Of a DNA stretch of 64,000 nucleotides, positions 42,301-53,576 are shown in pieces. This DNA is from Antedon mediterranea. Taxonomy: Eukaryota; Animalia; Echinodermata. Where the stretch lies: the NCBI RefSeq assembly GCF_964355755.1, contig NC_092674.1, positions 28,830,001 through 28,894,000 on the forward strand, read 5' to 3'. The first letter of the stretch is position 1; every line of letters begins with the position of its first letter. Both the position numbers and the translations under genes were made by a program. Below the pieces are notes generated by a model. The model did not search any database. It was not told the DNA's origin and saw only the letters and a program-made list of their open reading frames with translations.

Positions 42301-45300
42301 CTTTATTTCTTTCTCTCCTCCCTTCATTTCTTTCTCTCCTCCCTTCATTTCTTTCTCTCCTGCTTTTATTTCTTTCTCTCCTCCCTTCATTTCTTTCTCT
42401 CCTCCCTTTTATTTCTTTCTCTCCTCCCTTTTATTTCTTTCTCTCCTCCCTTCATTTCTTTCTCTCCTCCCTTCGTTTTCCTCTCTCCTCCCTTTATTTC
42501 TTTCTCTCCTCCCTTTATTTCTTTCTCTCCTCCCTTTATTTCTTTCTCTCCTCCCTTTATTTCTTTCTCTCCTCCCTTTATTTCTTTCTCTCCTTCCTTC
42601 ATTTCTTTCTCTCCTCCCTTCATTTCTTTCTCTCCTCCCTTCATTTCTTTCTCTCCTCCCTTTATTTCTTTCTCTCCTCCCTTTTATTTCTTTCTCTCCT
42701 CCCTTCATTTCTTTCTCTCCTCCCTTCATTTCTTTCTCTCCTCCCTTTATTTCTTTCTCTCCTCCCTTTATTTCTTTCTCTCCTCCCTTTATTTCTTTCT
42801 CTCCTCCCTTTATTTCTTTCTCTCCTCCCTTTATTTCTTTCTCTCCTCCCTTTATTTCTTTCTCTCCTTCCTTCATTTCTTTCTCTCCTCCCTTTATTTC
42901 TTTCTCTCCTCCCTTCATTTCTTTCTCTCCTCCCTTCATTTCTTTCTCTCCTCCCTTCATTTCTTTCTCTCCTTCCTTCATTTCTTTCTCTCCTCCCTTT
43001 ATTTCTTTCTCTCCTCCCTTTATTTCTTTCTCTCCTCCCTTCATTTCTTTCTCTCCTCCCTTTATTTCTTTCTCTCCTCCCTTTATTTCTTTCTCTCCTT
43101 CCTTCATTTCTTTCTCTCCTCCCTTTATTTCTTTCTCTCCTCCCTTTATTTCTTTCTCTCCTCCCTTTATTTCTTTCTCTCCTCCCTTTATTTCTTTCTC
43201 TCCTTCCTTCATTTCTTTCTCTCCTCCCTTCATTTCTTTCTCTCCTCCCTTTATTTCTTTCTCTCCTCCCTTTATTTCTTTCTCTCCTCCCTTCATTTCT
43301 TTCTCTCCTCCCTTCATTTCTTTCTCTCCTCCCTTCATTTCTTTCTCTCCTCCCTTCATTTCTTTCTCTCCTCCCTTTATTTCTTTCTCTCCTCCCTTTA
43401 TTTCTTTCTCTCCTCCCTTTATTTCTTTCTCTCCTCCCTTTATTTCTTTCTCTCCTCCCTTTATTTCTTTCTCTCCTCCCTTCATTTCTTTCTCTCCTCC
43501 CTTCATTTCTTTCTCTCCTCCCTTTATTTCTTTCTCTCCTCCCTTTATTTCTTTCTCTCCTCCCTTTATTTCTTTCTCTCCTCCATTTATTTCTTTCTCT
43601 CCTCCCTTTATTTCTTTCTCTCCTCCCTTTATTTCTTTCTCTCCTCCCTTTATTTCTTTCTCTCCTCCCTTTATTTCTTTCTCTCCTCCCTTTATTTCTT
43701 TCTCTCCTCCCTTTATTTCTTTCTCTCCTCCCTTTATTTCTTTCTCTCCTCCCTTCATTTCTTTCTCTCCTCCCTTTATTTCTTTCTCTCCTCCCTTTAT
43801 TTCTTTCTCTCCTTCCTTCATTTCTTTCTCTCCTCCCTTTATTTCTTTCTCTCCTCCCTTTATTTCTTTCTCTCCTCCCTTCATTTCTTTCTCTCCTCCC
43901 TTTATTTCTTTCTCTCCTCCCTTTATTTCTTTCTCTCCTCCCTTTATTTCTTTCTCTCCTGCTTTTATTTCTTTCTCTCCTCCCTTCATTTCTTTCTCTC
44001 CTCCCTTCATTTCTTTCTCTCCTCCCTTCATTTCTTTCTCTCCTCCCTTTATTTCTTTCTCTCCTCCCTTTATTTCTTTCTCTCCTCCCTTCATTTCTTT
44101 CTCTCCTCCCTTTATTTCTTTCTCTCCTCCCTTTATTTCTTTCTCTCCTCCCTTTATTTCTTTCTCTCCTCCCTTTATTTCTTTCTCTCCTCCCTTTATT
44201 TCTTTCTCTCCTCCCTTTATTTCTTTCTCTCCTCCCTTTATTTCTTTCTCTCCTCCCTTCATTTCTTTCTCTCCTCCCTTTATTTCTTTCTCTCCTCCCT
44301 TCATTTCTTTCTCTCCTCCCTTCATTTCTTTCTCTCCTCCCTTCATTTCTTTCTCTCTTCCTTCCTTTATTTCTCTCTCTTATCACATTATTTATCTCTC
44401 CCCTCCATCCATTAAGGGTGGATACATTACATGCACAAAAAATGAATCTGAAATCTGAAAAAGCAAATGGGACCCAGGTTGAGCTACTGTACCCATTTGT
44501 ACCATACACTATTAACTATTTGCTGTAGCCCAATTTTACTTACTTTACCCACGGCTCTTCCATAAGTCCCTATCACTCATCATTGTGGGTTCTATACTCT
44601 TACAGAAACTCCATTTTTTGTCTGTCCCTCACTCACTAATGTGGACGATATACCCCCAAAACACATTTCATTAGACCTTATCATGTCTGTATGCGTCTTA
44701 AAGCTGACAGGTCAGAATAAGAATCTTTTATCACCTTCTATTCTAAACTGTGCCGACTATCAAAATTAATGAGGAAAACTTTTGGGTACATTCATTCAAA
44801 TGCTAGGCCAGTCATGGGAAGCAATTTTTCGCTTCTGTGACTTTTCAGTAGTAACCACACTGTACCAGAAATTATCGTTAACAATCAAATCCGATGGGTT
44901 ACAGTATTTAACTTTAGTGTACACTTTTAATGTTAATATATATGTCAAATATCGATTGTTTAGATGTTGGACTCAATAAAATTCAATAGAACTCCAAAAT
45001 TCAAATTAACAAAAAACTTTTAAACACAAATAAAACCAATAATCAAGGTTTTAGAAACTTACCGGTAAAAGAAAAATGGATTTTCATATGTTGGTGTTGG
45101 CTTGTGTATATGTACGTCCATTCTATTGATTCACTTGGTTCCAAGAACAGGTGAATTAAGCTCGCACATCAGACTTAATATTATTCGTAGAATGACTAGT
45201 CCGACTAACGGTCCAACACATGAGTGTAATATCCCTTCTAACTGATTAACTAGCTCGTCTACAAGGCAGGCACTTAGTTCGTCAACATTATTCCGTCAAG

Positions 45301-48300
45301 TAATAAACAGTTGTTATTGCAGGGTTGGGCATAGGGGTGGAGACTTTTTGTTTGTGGTATTTCAGCTGTGACTTGAACATAAAGGAAAGGTTGTCTCAGT
45401 TCTCTTTTGTGAACTTAAGGCTTGGCTGTGTTCCAGTCATAGACAATGGAGGTATATCAATCCTATTTAAATATATTATGTGTTGTACAAACCCTACCTC
45501 TATACAATGGCTATTATATTGTATTGTATATAATGGAATTTTATACGGAAATGCAAAAAAAAAAGTATTTTATCAACCTTCAAAGAACCAATCATCTAAT
45601 TCTTTATTAATATTTATTAAATATAATTAATTAGCAACTGAAGTCTCACTAGATCGTCATGCCATTTTGGTAGTCCAAATAATATTACAAATCTAATGTA
45701 TGTCAATCAATCAATCAATCAAATTAACATTTATTTTCTTCCGCAGTAAAATAACAAATATCCAATATAAATAGTAAAATGAAGGAAGAGGGAAAAACTC
45801 AAAAAGTAAGGCCAGTTGAAAAACAGAAAACTATTAATCAAAAGACCTTGTGACGAACAAGCCCTAAATGATAAATATGAATAAAAATTACAAATTAATT
45901 AGCGTACACAAACACACAGACAGGACAGGGCCAGAAAAAAGGAACAAACGATCATGTGACATAAAAGCTGAGGATGGTATAAACAACATTTTATAAATCA
46001 TATTTTGTCAAAAGAAATTGTTCGGCTTTATGAGAGAAAATTTTCCTGGAGGGGGTTGCAATGATTTCAGGAGGAAGGTCATTTACATAGTCCTTGATGT
46101 AAATTATATTAGCAGGAACTGGTTGCAAGATTCACTATCCCACCAGGCTCAGAGCATGGAGATATTAATATTATTACTATAATATATCTATGCTCAGAGG
46201 AAGAAAGCTGGCTTTAAAACCTTATACTAGACACTATGGCAGGCTATGCTTGTTACAGTATTTAAACCAAGCCCTAAATAATATCGTTTAAGTACACAGT
46301 GGGAAATGTAAGAGAGGCTGTTTTATTTTGGTGTCAGCCTAATCAGCAAACTGCATCAGATTGCACAAAGACAAGGCTGGTAAAACATACCACATTCAAT
46401 TCATACATTTATAATACACCCTTAGGATATCATTGTTTCTTTCAACTTATGTAAAATGTCCATCCATCCAAAAGAGTGAGAAACTTGCCAATTAATACAG
46501 GATGGATAACTATACAATTCTTGAGGCTAGGGAAGTGGAGTAGAGAAAGAGTTATGGATTACAACACAGGCCCAGAGCCAGGGGGGTTTTTGGGGTTCGG
46601 CCCCTGGACCCTGACCGGCCCCCCTGCCTATATTAGCTCGCAAAATAATTGGTGTTAAGAAAACCTCCCTCTGATGCATTCTGGCTACAGGCCTGCAACC
46701 CTGGTACCCTTGCACTGGTTCTGGTATTGAACCCTTGCACTGGCTCCAGTATTGAAACCCTTGCACTGGGTCCAATATTGGACCACGGCACTGGGTCTGG
46801 TATTGAACCCTTGCACTGGGTCTGGTATTGAAGCCTGGCACTGGGTCCAATATTGGACCATGGCACTGGGTCTGGTATTGAACCCTTGCACTAGCTCCAG
46901 TATTGAACCCTGACACTGGGTCCAATATTGATCCTAACAATAAAGCTAGCTCAAATCAGTATAAACTCATTGGTGTAGAACTTAATGAAAGACAAATTAA
47001 CTGATCAGATACTAGTAAAAGTGACATTCAAGATACAGAAATATTTATTCATGAATTTTGAACATGAAACAAGGAAAACTTTTTTAGTTATTTTGAGGTC
47101 AGAATGAACTTATATATTTTTTACATTCCTGTTAAAATTTTATATTTGTGTAGTACTGATACTATACATGAAGAGAATTACTTTTATTACTAAAAAAAAT
47201 AACAGACAAGATTATCCACAAATTACAATGAAGAATCGTGAAATCTCATCCTAGTCGATATTTGTTAAATCTCTATCAAAGAAAATCGCTTTTAACTTGC
47301 TGTTTTAATCGGTATTAGTAGTAAAGGACTTGCCAACAATTCTAGATCATTATATACTCAATTATCCTCACCATTTCATTTTCATTTTCAACTTATTTTT
47401 CCAAAAAGACAAAATATACATTTTTTACACTGAACAATATACAAAAGTTACTGACGACACTAGTCTGGTAGAAAAGAAAACAATTGTTTGTAGAAAAGTG
47501 ATGAAATCACTACACTGTACTATCCTTCTGGTGCAGAACAAAAAAAACAAATGAAATAAATAGGGCAGGGAAAATTAGTAATTAGTTTTCAATTTACAGT
47601 ATGACAAGTTCAATGTAATAATGCAGGGAAAAACTTACGATAAATTTTCAATTTTAATTTACAGTGCAACAAAAATAAACACAAAAACTTCCATGTTAAC
47701 AGAGTACGGTATGAAAGAAACACACAACCTATATTGTAAAGTAAAATCTGTATTATAAGGCTTTTAAAAATAAATAATGAATCTAAAAGCCTTTCTTTAG
47801 GGGTAGATTATGTATGAATAGGAGATCAGTGAGGTACGAAAAGGTGTGTCTTAAGGTGTGTACACTACTTTACCTGAAAACCGGTCACAGTTCATTGGTT
47901 TTAGAAGAACCATAAAAGGATTTTTAAAATGTGGGCAATAGTTCAGAACTCAAACAATGAGAAACATGGTTATCTACTGTTTATTTAAGCTTTGTCTACA
48001 CTGTCAAACTAGTTTGACAAAAAAAAGTGTGATGTCCCCAAATATGGTAGTGGCATGGCCAAACATGGTAGTGATATGACATCATCATGTCCATATGGGC
48101 ACATCAATTTTTGTTGTCCCATATTATAAATGTTGATAGTGTATACAGAGCTTTACTGAGGTTCACATTAAAATATGTTAAGTTCACTTCTTGTACTTAA
48201 CATACTGTAATTGTTTAATGATTGAACAAATTGATCATGAGAATTTTGTTATCAAAACATTGAGGTATAAAAGATCAAAATAAACACAAAATTGTAGTAA

Positions 48301-51300
48301 AAAAGTGTAGTTTATTGAAATAGAAATAACAGCATATTTGTGAATAGGCTAAAAATAAAAAATATAGATCATTTTCTTTTAAATCAAATTTTGTATTTAT
48401 TTTTTTTAATTTTTTAATAATCAAATAATAATTAGCTAATTTAAACAAAAATGTTTGCATGATAGCAATCACCATGTGTTCCTACACTATGTGTGTATGG
48501 TGACTGGACCTATACATTCTCATGTTTGATGGTATCTCACTCACATTACACTAATCTATTTTTAAAATACAATTTGTGAATTTCTTGAATGCAAACTTAC
48601 CAAAATGTTTTTCTACATGTATCACAGGCACTGTAATCTTGGTCTGTAAAAAAAAACCAAATAGTTATGTCATACTTTATGAAAGAACCCCTATGGTAGT
48701 AAGGAGCCACATTCAAGACCCAAACCAATTACCCCTTAATAAGGGCATCCATTGGTTAGGGGTTGGCCTGGTGTTAAAACATATAAAGACTCTCATTTAC
48801 TTCACAGGAAAGTTTTTTCTTAAAAAGCACTGTCTACACTATCGTTATCAAACTTTATGTGACAAAAATGTGATGTGCCCATATATGGACATGATGATGT
48901 AACATCACTACCATATTTGGGCATATTACTAACCTATTGGGAACATCACACGTTTTTGTCAAACTAGTTTGATAATGTACCTGTAGATAAAGCTTTATAA
49001 GTTTCCCAAAGGAGGTTACAGTACTAACTTAATCAACAAAATAATAACATGCTTCATTTACCTACAGTTACATCTAAATGATATTTAGAGTGAAAACCGG
49101 ATGGACCAGAATGTGTACATACATCATTTAAAAGCCTTTAAAAGGCATCATTTTTTAGATTTAGAACACAGTGCATTATAATTTATAGTGTATACAAACA
49201 AAAACCTCACTAAAACAATAAAGTGTACAGAAGAAGTATGCCCAAATAAGGCAATGTATTCTCACTTGTCCTTTTAATTTTCTTAAGTTCTGTACAGTTG
49301 GCTGTGAGTGACTGTACAAAAGTGCTAAAGTTATTTTCAGTAAAAATTACAATTTGATCATAAAAAATTGAATACAACAATACAGAATATTAATTACACA
49401 ATTCATAATTTGTACTTTGTTTTACAGACTGCGTTGTAGATTACCAATTTCAATACCAAAAAGTAAAATTAATTTAATAATCAGAATATTAAAGTCTACA
49501 GTACAGGAAGTGACCTCAATAATATATTGTTATATAACAAAATATTTAAATACTAAATAAATTTATCTATAGACAGATTACAACGTTATTCAGGAAAACC
49601 GCCGAAGCAATTCAGTAAAATCACCACACCCAAAAATTCATTGAAATCGACGGCACCAAGAGTATAACGCTTGATTACTGGAAAACCAATTTACATTCGA
49701 TAACAATCAATTGGTTGGTGTAATGTTTAAAAAATAAAGAAAAAACAGCAGATAATCTCATCCCATAAGAACAAAGAAACTGAAATAAACAATAGCCACC
49801 AAATTTAGGAGCAACTGTGCTCATCTTGAAAAGGGAAACCTGATATTAATGCATGGAGATTATAGGTATTAAATTAGTAATGGGGCTCTATTTAGGTGTT
49901 ACTGATGATGGATGTATTGTAGCATTTGTTGTCAAGTCCAAAAACCTTGATTCCAAAATGTTTTTGTACAATAATTTTCTTAATCATGGGTCATTAATAT
50001 AATATAATATATAATGCACTTGCACTGATGAAGGGCTACTTAACTGTAGTGTTGCCTGAAAACTCTGCAAACTTTTCTGACTGTTTTACTTTATCGTTTT
50101 GATTGAGCTTTGAGATCCAGCCACTGATGATACCCACAGCATTGTCATTTTTTTTCAGTATTTTGCCTTTGGATTTATATTAATGCAGAAAGCTACAAAG
50201 GTGTGCTGATTGATATTTCACTCTAGATAAAGATAACTCTATAGTCTTACTCTATTAATTTACCTATTTGCAAAACAAACAAAAAATCAGGACGAGACCT
50301 TGAAAACTATGGACATTTTATCGACAAAGGAAAAATGTACAGAACTTTCAAGACAAATGCTTTGCATGTATTTTTCAAATAGTAATTGGTCTTCCGTAAA
50401 ATGTATCATACCACCACAACCAGTAGCATTATTACTAATCATTTTCTTTTCAAATTCTATAATTATTAACTATTGTTATTTGTTTTTCTTTATTTCAGAG
50501 TTGGTCAAAAATGTTTGAAGACCAATTCCTACTGTACTAGTGAAGACATGTCTGATAACATTGGTACAAATCATTGATCAAAATGTACCATGGAATTGTC
50601 TATGGGTTTGATAATGATACTTGATAGCATTCTATTTATTTTGGCGCTATTGAGGTTTAACTTTTTCTAAAATTTAAGAATTTATCCTTTCTGTCCAATT
50701 GCTATATTTTAACTATAATATTTATTTTATTTACTATTATATTGTATTATTATATACTGTAGACAGCAATACGGAACTGTTACTCCACTAAAAGTACATA
50801 TGAAAGCATATATTGATCATTTTAGATAAAAAATATAGAAGTGATGCCCTATAGGGTCTAATTTACAAAAAACATCAATTTTTGCCATAGGATCCTATGC
50901 TACTGTCATTCGCAGAATAAAATAAATTAATTTCAAATGATTTGTTTTATCTTGTTTTTGCTTTAATTAAATGAATAAATTAAATGAATAAATTAAATGA
51001 AGGACTAGGCCTATCAATAAAATGTGGAAATATTTTACAATAGAAAAACAATACAATAGGTCTATCATTAACAACTCAAACCACTCTCTATATGTCTACC
51101 ACACCAACAATCAACATGCATTTTTAAATACCTACTGAATGAACTGTACCTACCTAGAATTGGCCTAGAAAATGAAATATTGTACTTTCTGTATAGTTAT
51201 TGAAACATAGGCCTAGGTCTTCAAAAAATTGGCATTTTAAAAGTGGAAAACCAAAAGAAAATATTTAAGCTAAGCTTATGCTCAACACGGATTCCACCCT

Positions 51301-51886
51301 AGGCGCGGCTAGCCTTCGCCTTACAAATTGTCTGCGTATACCACCACCATGCCATTTCGCTTGTTGTGCCAAAATAAAAACAAGCCAAAGTCGCTTTGAA
51401 ATAAATACGCATAAACGAATGTGTCCGCGTGAGAAAGCGGCTTAATTTTGAAATGGAGATTTTAGTTTTTAATTTCGTATATTAGAAATTATAATTCTCC
51501 ACTTAAAAAGAATATATTTCAATTAAACGCTGGCAAGGGTTGTCCGACGACGATTCTAGCCTAGGCTAGGCCGGAAACTTGGAACGTATCACGAACGAGG
51601 GCGGTGGTCAGGGCGCGGCTTGTGTGGCGGGTGCGGCCATTCTTCTCGGCGTTGTCTAGCCTAACCCATTTTGACAACTACCGAATGTAAACAAAACATA
51701 GACACAAATTTCGTGGCGATAAAATCATGTAATAACTTAATAAAAACTACGAAATGGGAAATAAAACTTACCGTCTTCGGTACATTTTGAATAATCACAG
51801 TACTTGTTGTGAATAACCCGTTGGCCAGCCACGGATTTGTCGGTTTTGATCGGCAGATCCTCAACATCTTCCATTGACTGCGCCAT
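15181..51886 (-). CDS. KLF12: Kruppel-like factor, KLF3/8/12 class, long isoform with N-terminal AN1-type zinc finger; 7 exons: 51886-51772, 48643-48601, 35349-35295, 27461-27269, 19924-19789, 18196-18024, 15353-15181 (888 nt, 295 aa)
   Basis: All introns are GT-AG with matching phases (1,2,0,1,2,1). The protein contains QTEPVDLS (CtBP motif), [17 protein letters not shown] (resembles the KLF12 segment VTLDSVNETGSTALSI, from memory) and three KLF fingers [35 protein letters not shown]...[11 protein letters not shown]. Confidence 0.85.
18024..18196 (-). CDS. KLF12: KLF exon 6, basic NLS-like stretch and C2H2 finger 1
   Basis: tttatag|A...ACTG|gtgagt; reads [57 protein letters not shown] (a different frame from the listed ORF). 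Confidence 0.96.
19789..19924 (-). CDS. KLF12: KLF exon 5
   Basis: ttacag|...|gtaagt, phase 1->2; reads [44 protein letters not shown]. Confidence 0.9.
24592..25318 (-). mobile_element. Internally deleted non-autonomous piggyBac element
   Basis: TTAA|cactttcaccgcca ... tggcggtgaaagtg|TTAA; residual transposase-like N-terminus [29 protein letters not shown] on the minus strand; subterminal palindromes. Confidence 0.8.
27269..27461 (-). CDS. KLF12: KLF exon 4 with CtBP-binding PVDLS motif
   Basis: ttag|...|gtaagt, phase 0->1, 193 nt open; reads [35 protein letters not shown]...TTLPRED. Confidence 0.92.
28980..29625. repeat. 165-bp tandem repeat, about 4 copies
   Basis: ggaaggatgggcaataagagc recurs at 29006, 29175, 29340 and 29505. 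Confidence 0.92.
35295..35349 (-). CDS. KLF12: KLF exon 3 (55 nt), C-terminal part of AN1 finger
   Basis: ttgttcttgcag|...CAG|gtaagc, phase 2->0; reads [18 protein letters not shown]. Confidence 0.8.
36106..36500 (+). mobile_element. 5'-truncated RTE/Proto2-like LINE
   Basis: Frameshifted [44 protein letters not shown] followed by a (taa)n tail. Confidence 0.75.
37541..37740 (+). mobile_element. Penelope-like fragment with inverted duplication (70-bp arms)
   Basis: Arms 37541-37610 and 37632-37701 with one mismatch; the centre has a hammerhead-like ccgagga-c-gatcaa...ttgatc-gaaac. Confidence 0.65.
37740..38094 (-). mobile_element. tRNA-derived Deu-core SINE, second subfamily
   Basis: Same head and core as 4125-4421, different 3' tail ending in (aat)n. 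Confidence 0.85.
41995..44390. repeat. 21-bp polypyrimidine/polypurine minisatellite, about 110 copies
   Basis: Unit tttctttctctcctccctt(c/t)a; explains all the long ORFs in this interval. Confidence 0.98.
45063..45121 (-). CDS. KLF12: KLF alternative first coding exon (1b)
   Basis: ATG with an upstream in-frame TGA; reads [19 protein letters not shown] then CG|gtaagt; phase 2 matches exon 3. Confidence 0.65.
45700..46130 (-). mobile_element. CR1/L2-group LINE 3' remnant
   Basis: Minus-strand [28 protein letters not shown] (WNxLP-type C-terminus) followed by a (ttga)n tail. Confidence 0.5.
46567..46935. repeat. Small TIR element (46567-46695) followed by a ~25-bp minisatellite (about 9 copies)
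   Basis: caggcccagagccag...ctggctacaggcctg; unit gtattgaacccttgcactgggtctg. Confidence 0.75.
48601..48643 (-). CDS. KLF12: KLF exon 2 (43 nt), middle of AN1 finger
   Basis: Strong poly-T acceptor tttttttacag| and donor |gtaagt, phase 1->2; reads [14 protein letters not shown]. Confidence 0.8.
50020..50070 (+). ncRNA. Minimal type I hammerhead ribozyme motif in a Penelope/retrozyme-like remnant
   Basis: ttgca-CTGATGA-a-gggc...gcct-GAAA-ac-TC-tgcaa: both core boxes, 5-bp stem I and stem II present. Confidence 0.6.
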
Positions 51887-51965
51887 TTTTGCCCAGTATA
51901 CCACACCCTCTCTGGCGTATTCTTTCATCCGGGCATTTGGCCCAATGGCCCCACCCCGGTGGTCA
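51500..51965 (-). promoter_or_regulatory. CpG-rich promoter/first-exon region of the KLF gene
   Basis: Local CpG enrichment; CCAAT 51942-51946, CCACACCC 51901-51908, CCCCACCCC 51949-51957, GC-box-like GGGCGG at 51599. Confidence 0.65.
51772..51886 (-). CDS. KLF12: KLF first coding exon (1a)
   Basis: aaaaATGg start context in a CpG-rich region; reads [38 protein letters not shown] then G|gtaagt. Another in-frame ATG lies at 51928. Confidence 0.8.
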
Positions 51966-53576
51966 CAGAGTTCCTATTGTTTACCTATTTTATAATAATA
52001 TTTTCTATACGTTCTTTTGTCTATACCGAAATATTAACTTAAAACAATGGGCTAAAAATAGGTAGGCCTATTACAAAAATCAGATATCAATCTCAAATAG
52101 ATTTAGGCTCTTTTACTATTCTAGGCCTCAAACAATTTTAAAAAATAAAACAAATGAAATCATTTATTTTAAACACAGCTTACGGATTTTCAAAAAATTA
52201 AAATCAATTACTATTTTTAATTAATAAAATCATAAATAATTCCAATAATTCCGCAAAAATATATAGGCCTATTGAAATGTGTGTGGCAATGGCTCATTTC
52301 ATATCTATTATCTTTATTAGTCTACTAAACTACATAATAAATATGTTAGGCGCGCTTATGAAATGATTGAATGAATTCCTAGTGCTATTATTAAAATCAA
52401 TTGTTGAAATACTAGCTAAATTGTGTACAATAGAAACTAGTAAGAGATAAATATCAACACTATCTACTATTATATTGACGCATCTTTATTTATTTGTAAA
52501 TTAAAAAATCAATCCGTACGAAACCAAGTTGCTTAAATAATTTTTAAAAATAGCATAATGTCAATGATATGAATTAATTTAATATTCGACTTAAAAGCAG
52601 AATAATAGGCCTACTGTTTAATCACTCATTCGCCAATGAAAATTAAGGAATCAAAATAAATTATGACATCACTGCATAATAATTAACTTTATCCAATCAG
52701 CATCATAAACGAACTCCTACTTTATATTCAAGAATTGCGCGGTGTTTTTTTTCAGGCTAAATAATTGTTGTTGTGTATACTTTACTAGGCCTAATAATCA
52801 ATAATAATAATTCAGAGTTGAACAGAAATAATTAAAAGAAAGTATATTCTTAAAGATAATATTTTACCTCTAAGAATATTTAAAATGTTACTGTATTTTG
52901 AATAGGCAATTTTGAAGTTAGTTATTCACTTTGAACAAAAATTGCACAAAGACAAACAGATTACAGGGTAATTACTTAATTTACAAAATTTGTAAGGACA
53001 AAATAATGTAGTAATAATTGGAGACTCGACATTGTCTAAGATTGCTAAATTTAACCGTTTTATTTTGTCACAATTTTTAAGAGAAATCACTTTTGTAAAA
53101 GCGGTAACTAAAAATGGAATAGTCAAACTTCTTTGATTTTATCCATCTTCAATTTTTAATATTTTGGGAGAGAATCTTAATAATAAGTTTTAATATAGGG
53201 TATTGCTTTAAATGTGCTAATAGGAGACGAATTCTATATTGTATCGATAATTCGGCGATATGTAGGCCTACCATGATGTTTTAGGTATTACAATCATCAT
53301 TCAGGTCTCCGTCGGCGGATGTCCTGAGTTGAAAACCATTGTCGTAGGCCTACTTTTAAAAATTATCAACGTCGTTAATTGTCTTGGTAGTCCGTTTTTT
53401 TAAAATTTATTCTACATAAATGTCAAGAAGAAAACAAACAAAAACCGACGCAGCGGTGACAGAAGACAATTAGTCTTTAAGATGTCGTTTTATCTCGTAT
53501 CCATCATCGCCTGGAACGTAAAGGCGGCATCATTGCGATCCCGTCACCAGCATTCAATGGTTTGACCATGCATAAA

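Noticed and set aside
41965-44509. ORFs of 615-816 aa (FFLSSLY, KGGEKEI, GRRERNK repeats)
   Set aside because: Artefacts of a stop-free 21-bp minisatellite, open in several frames on both strands, with frameshifting units at the left edge.
46476-46940. Cluster of short ORFs
   Set aside because: Derived from a small TIR element and a 25-bp tandem repeat.
49266-49301. 36-nt candidate exon in KLF intron 1 ([12 protein letters not shown])
   Set aside because: Weak acceptor; not needed for frame and would disrupt the AN1 spacing. Cannot be supported without reads.
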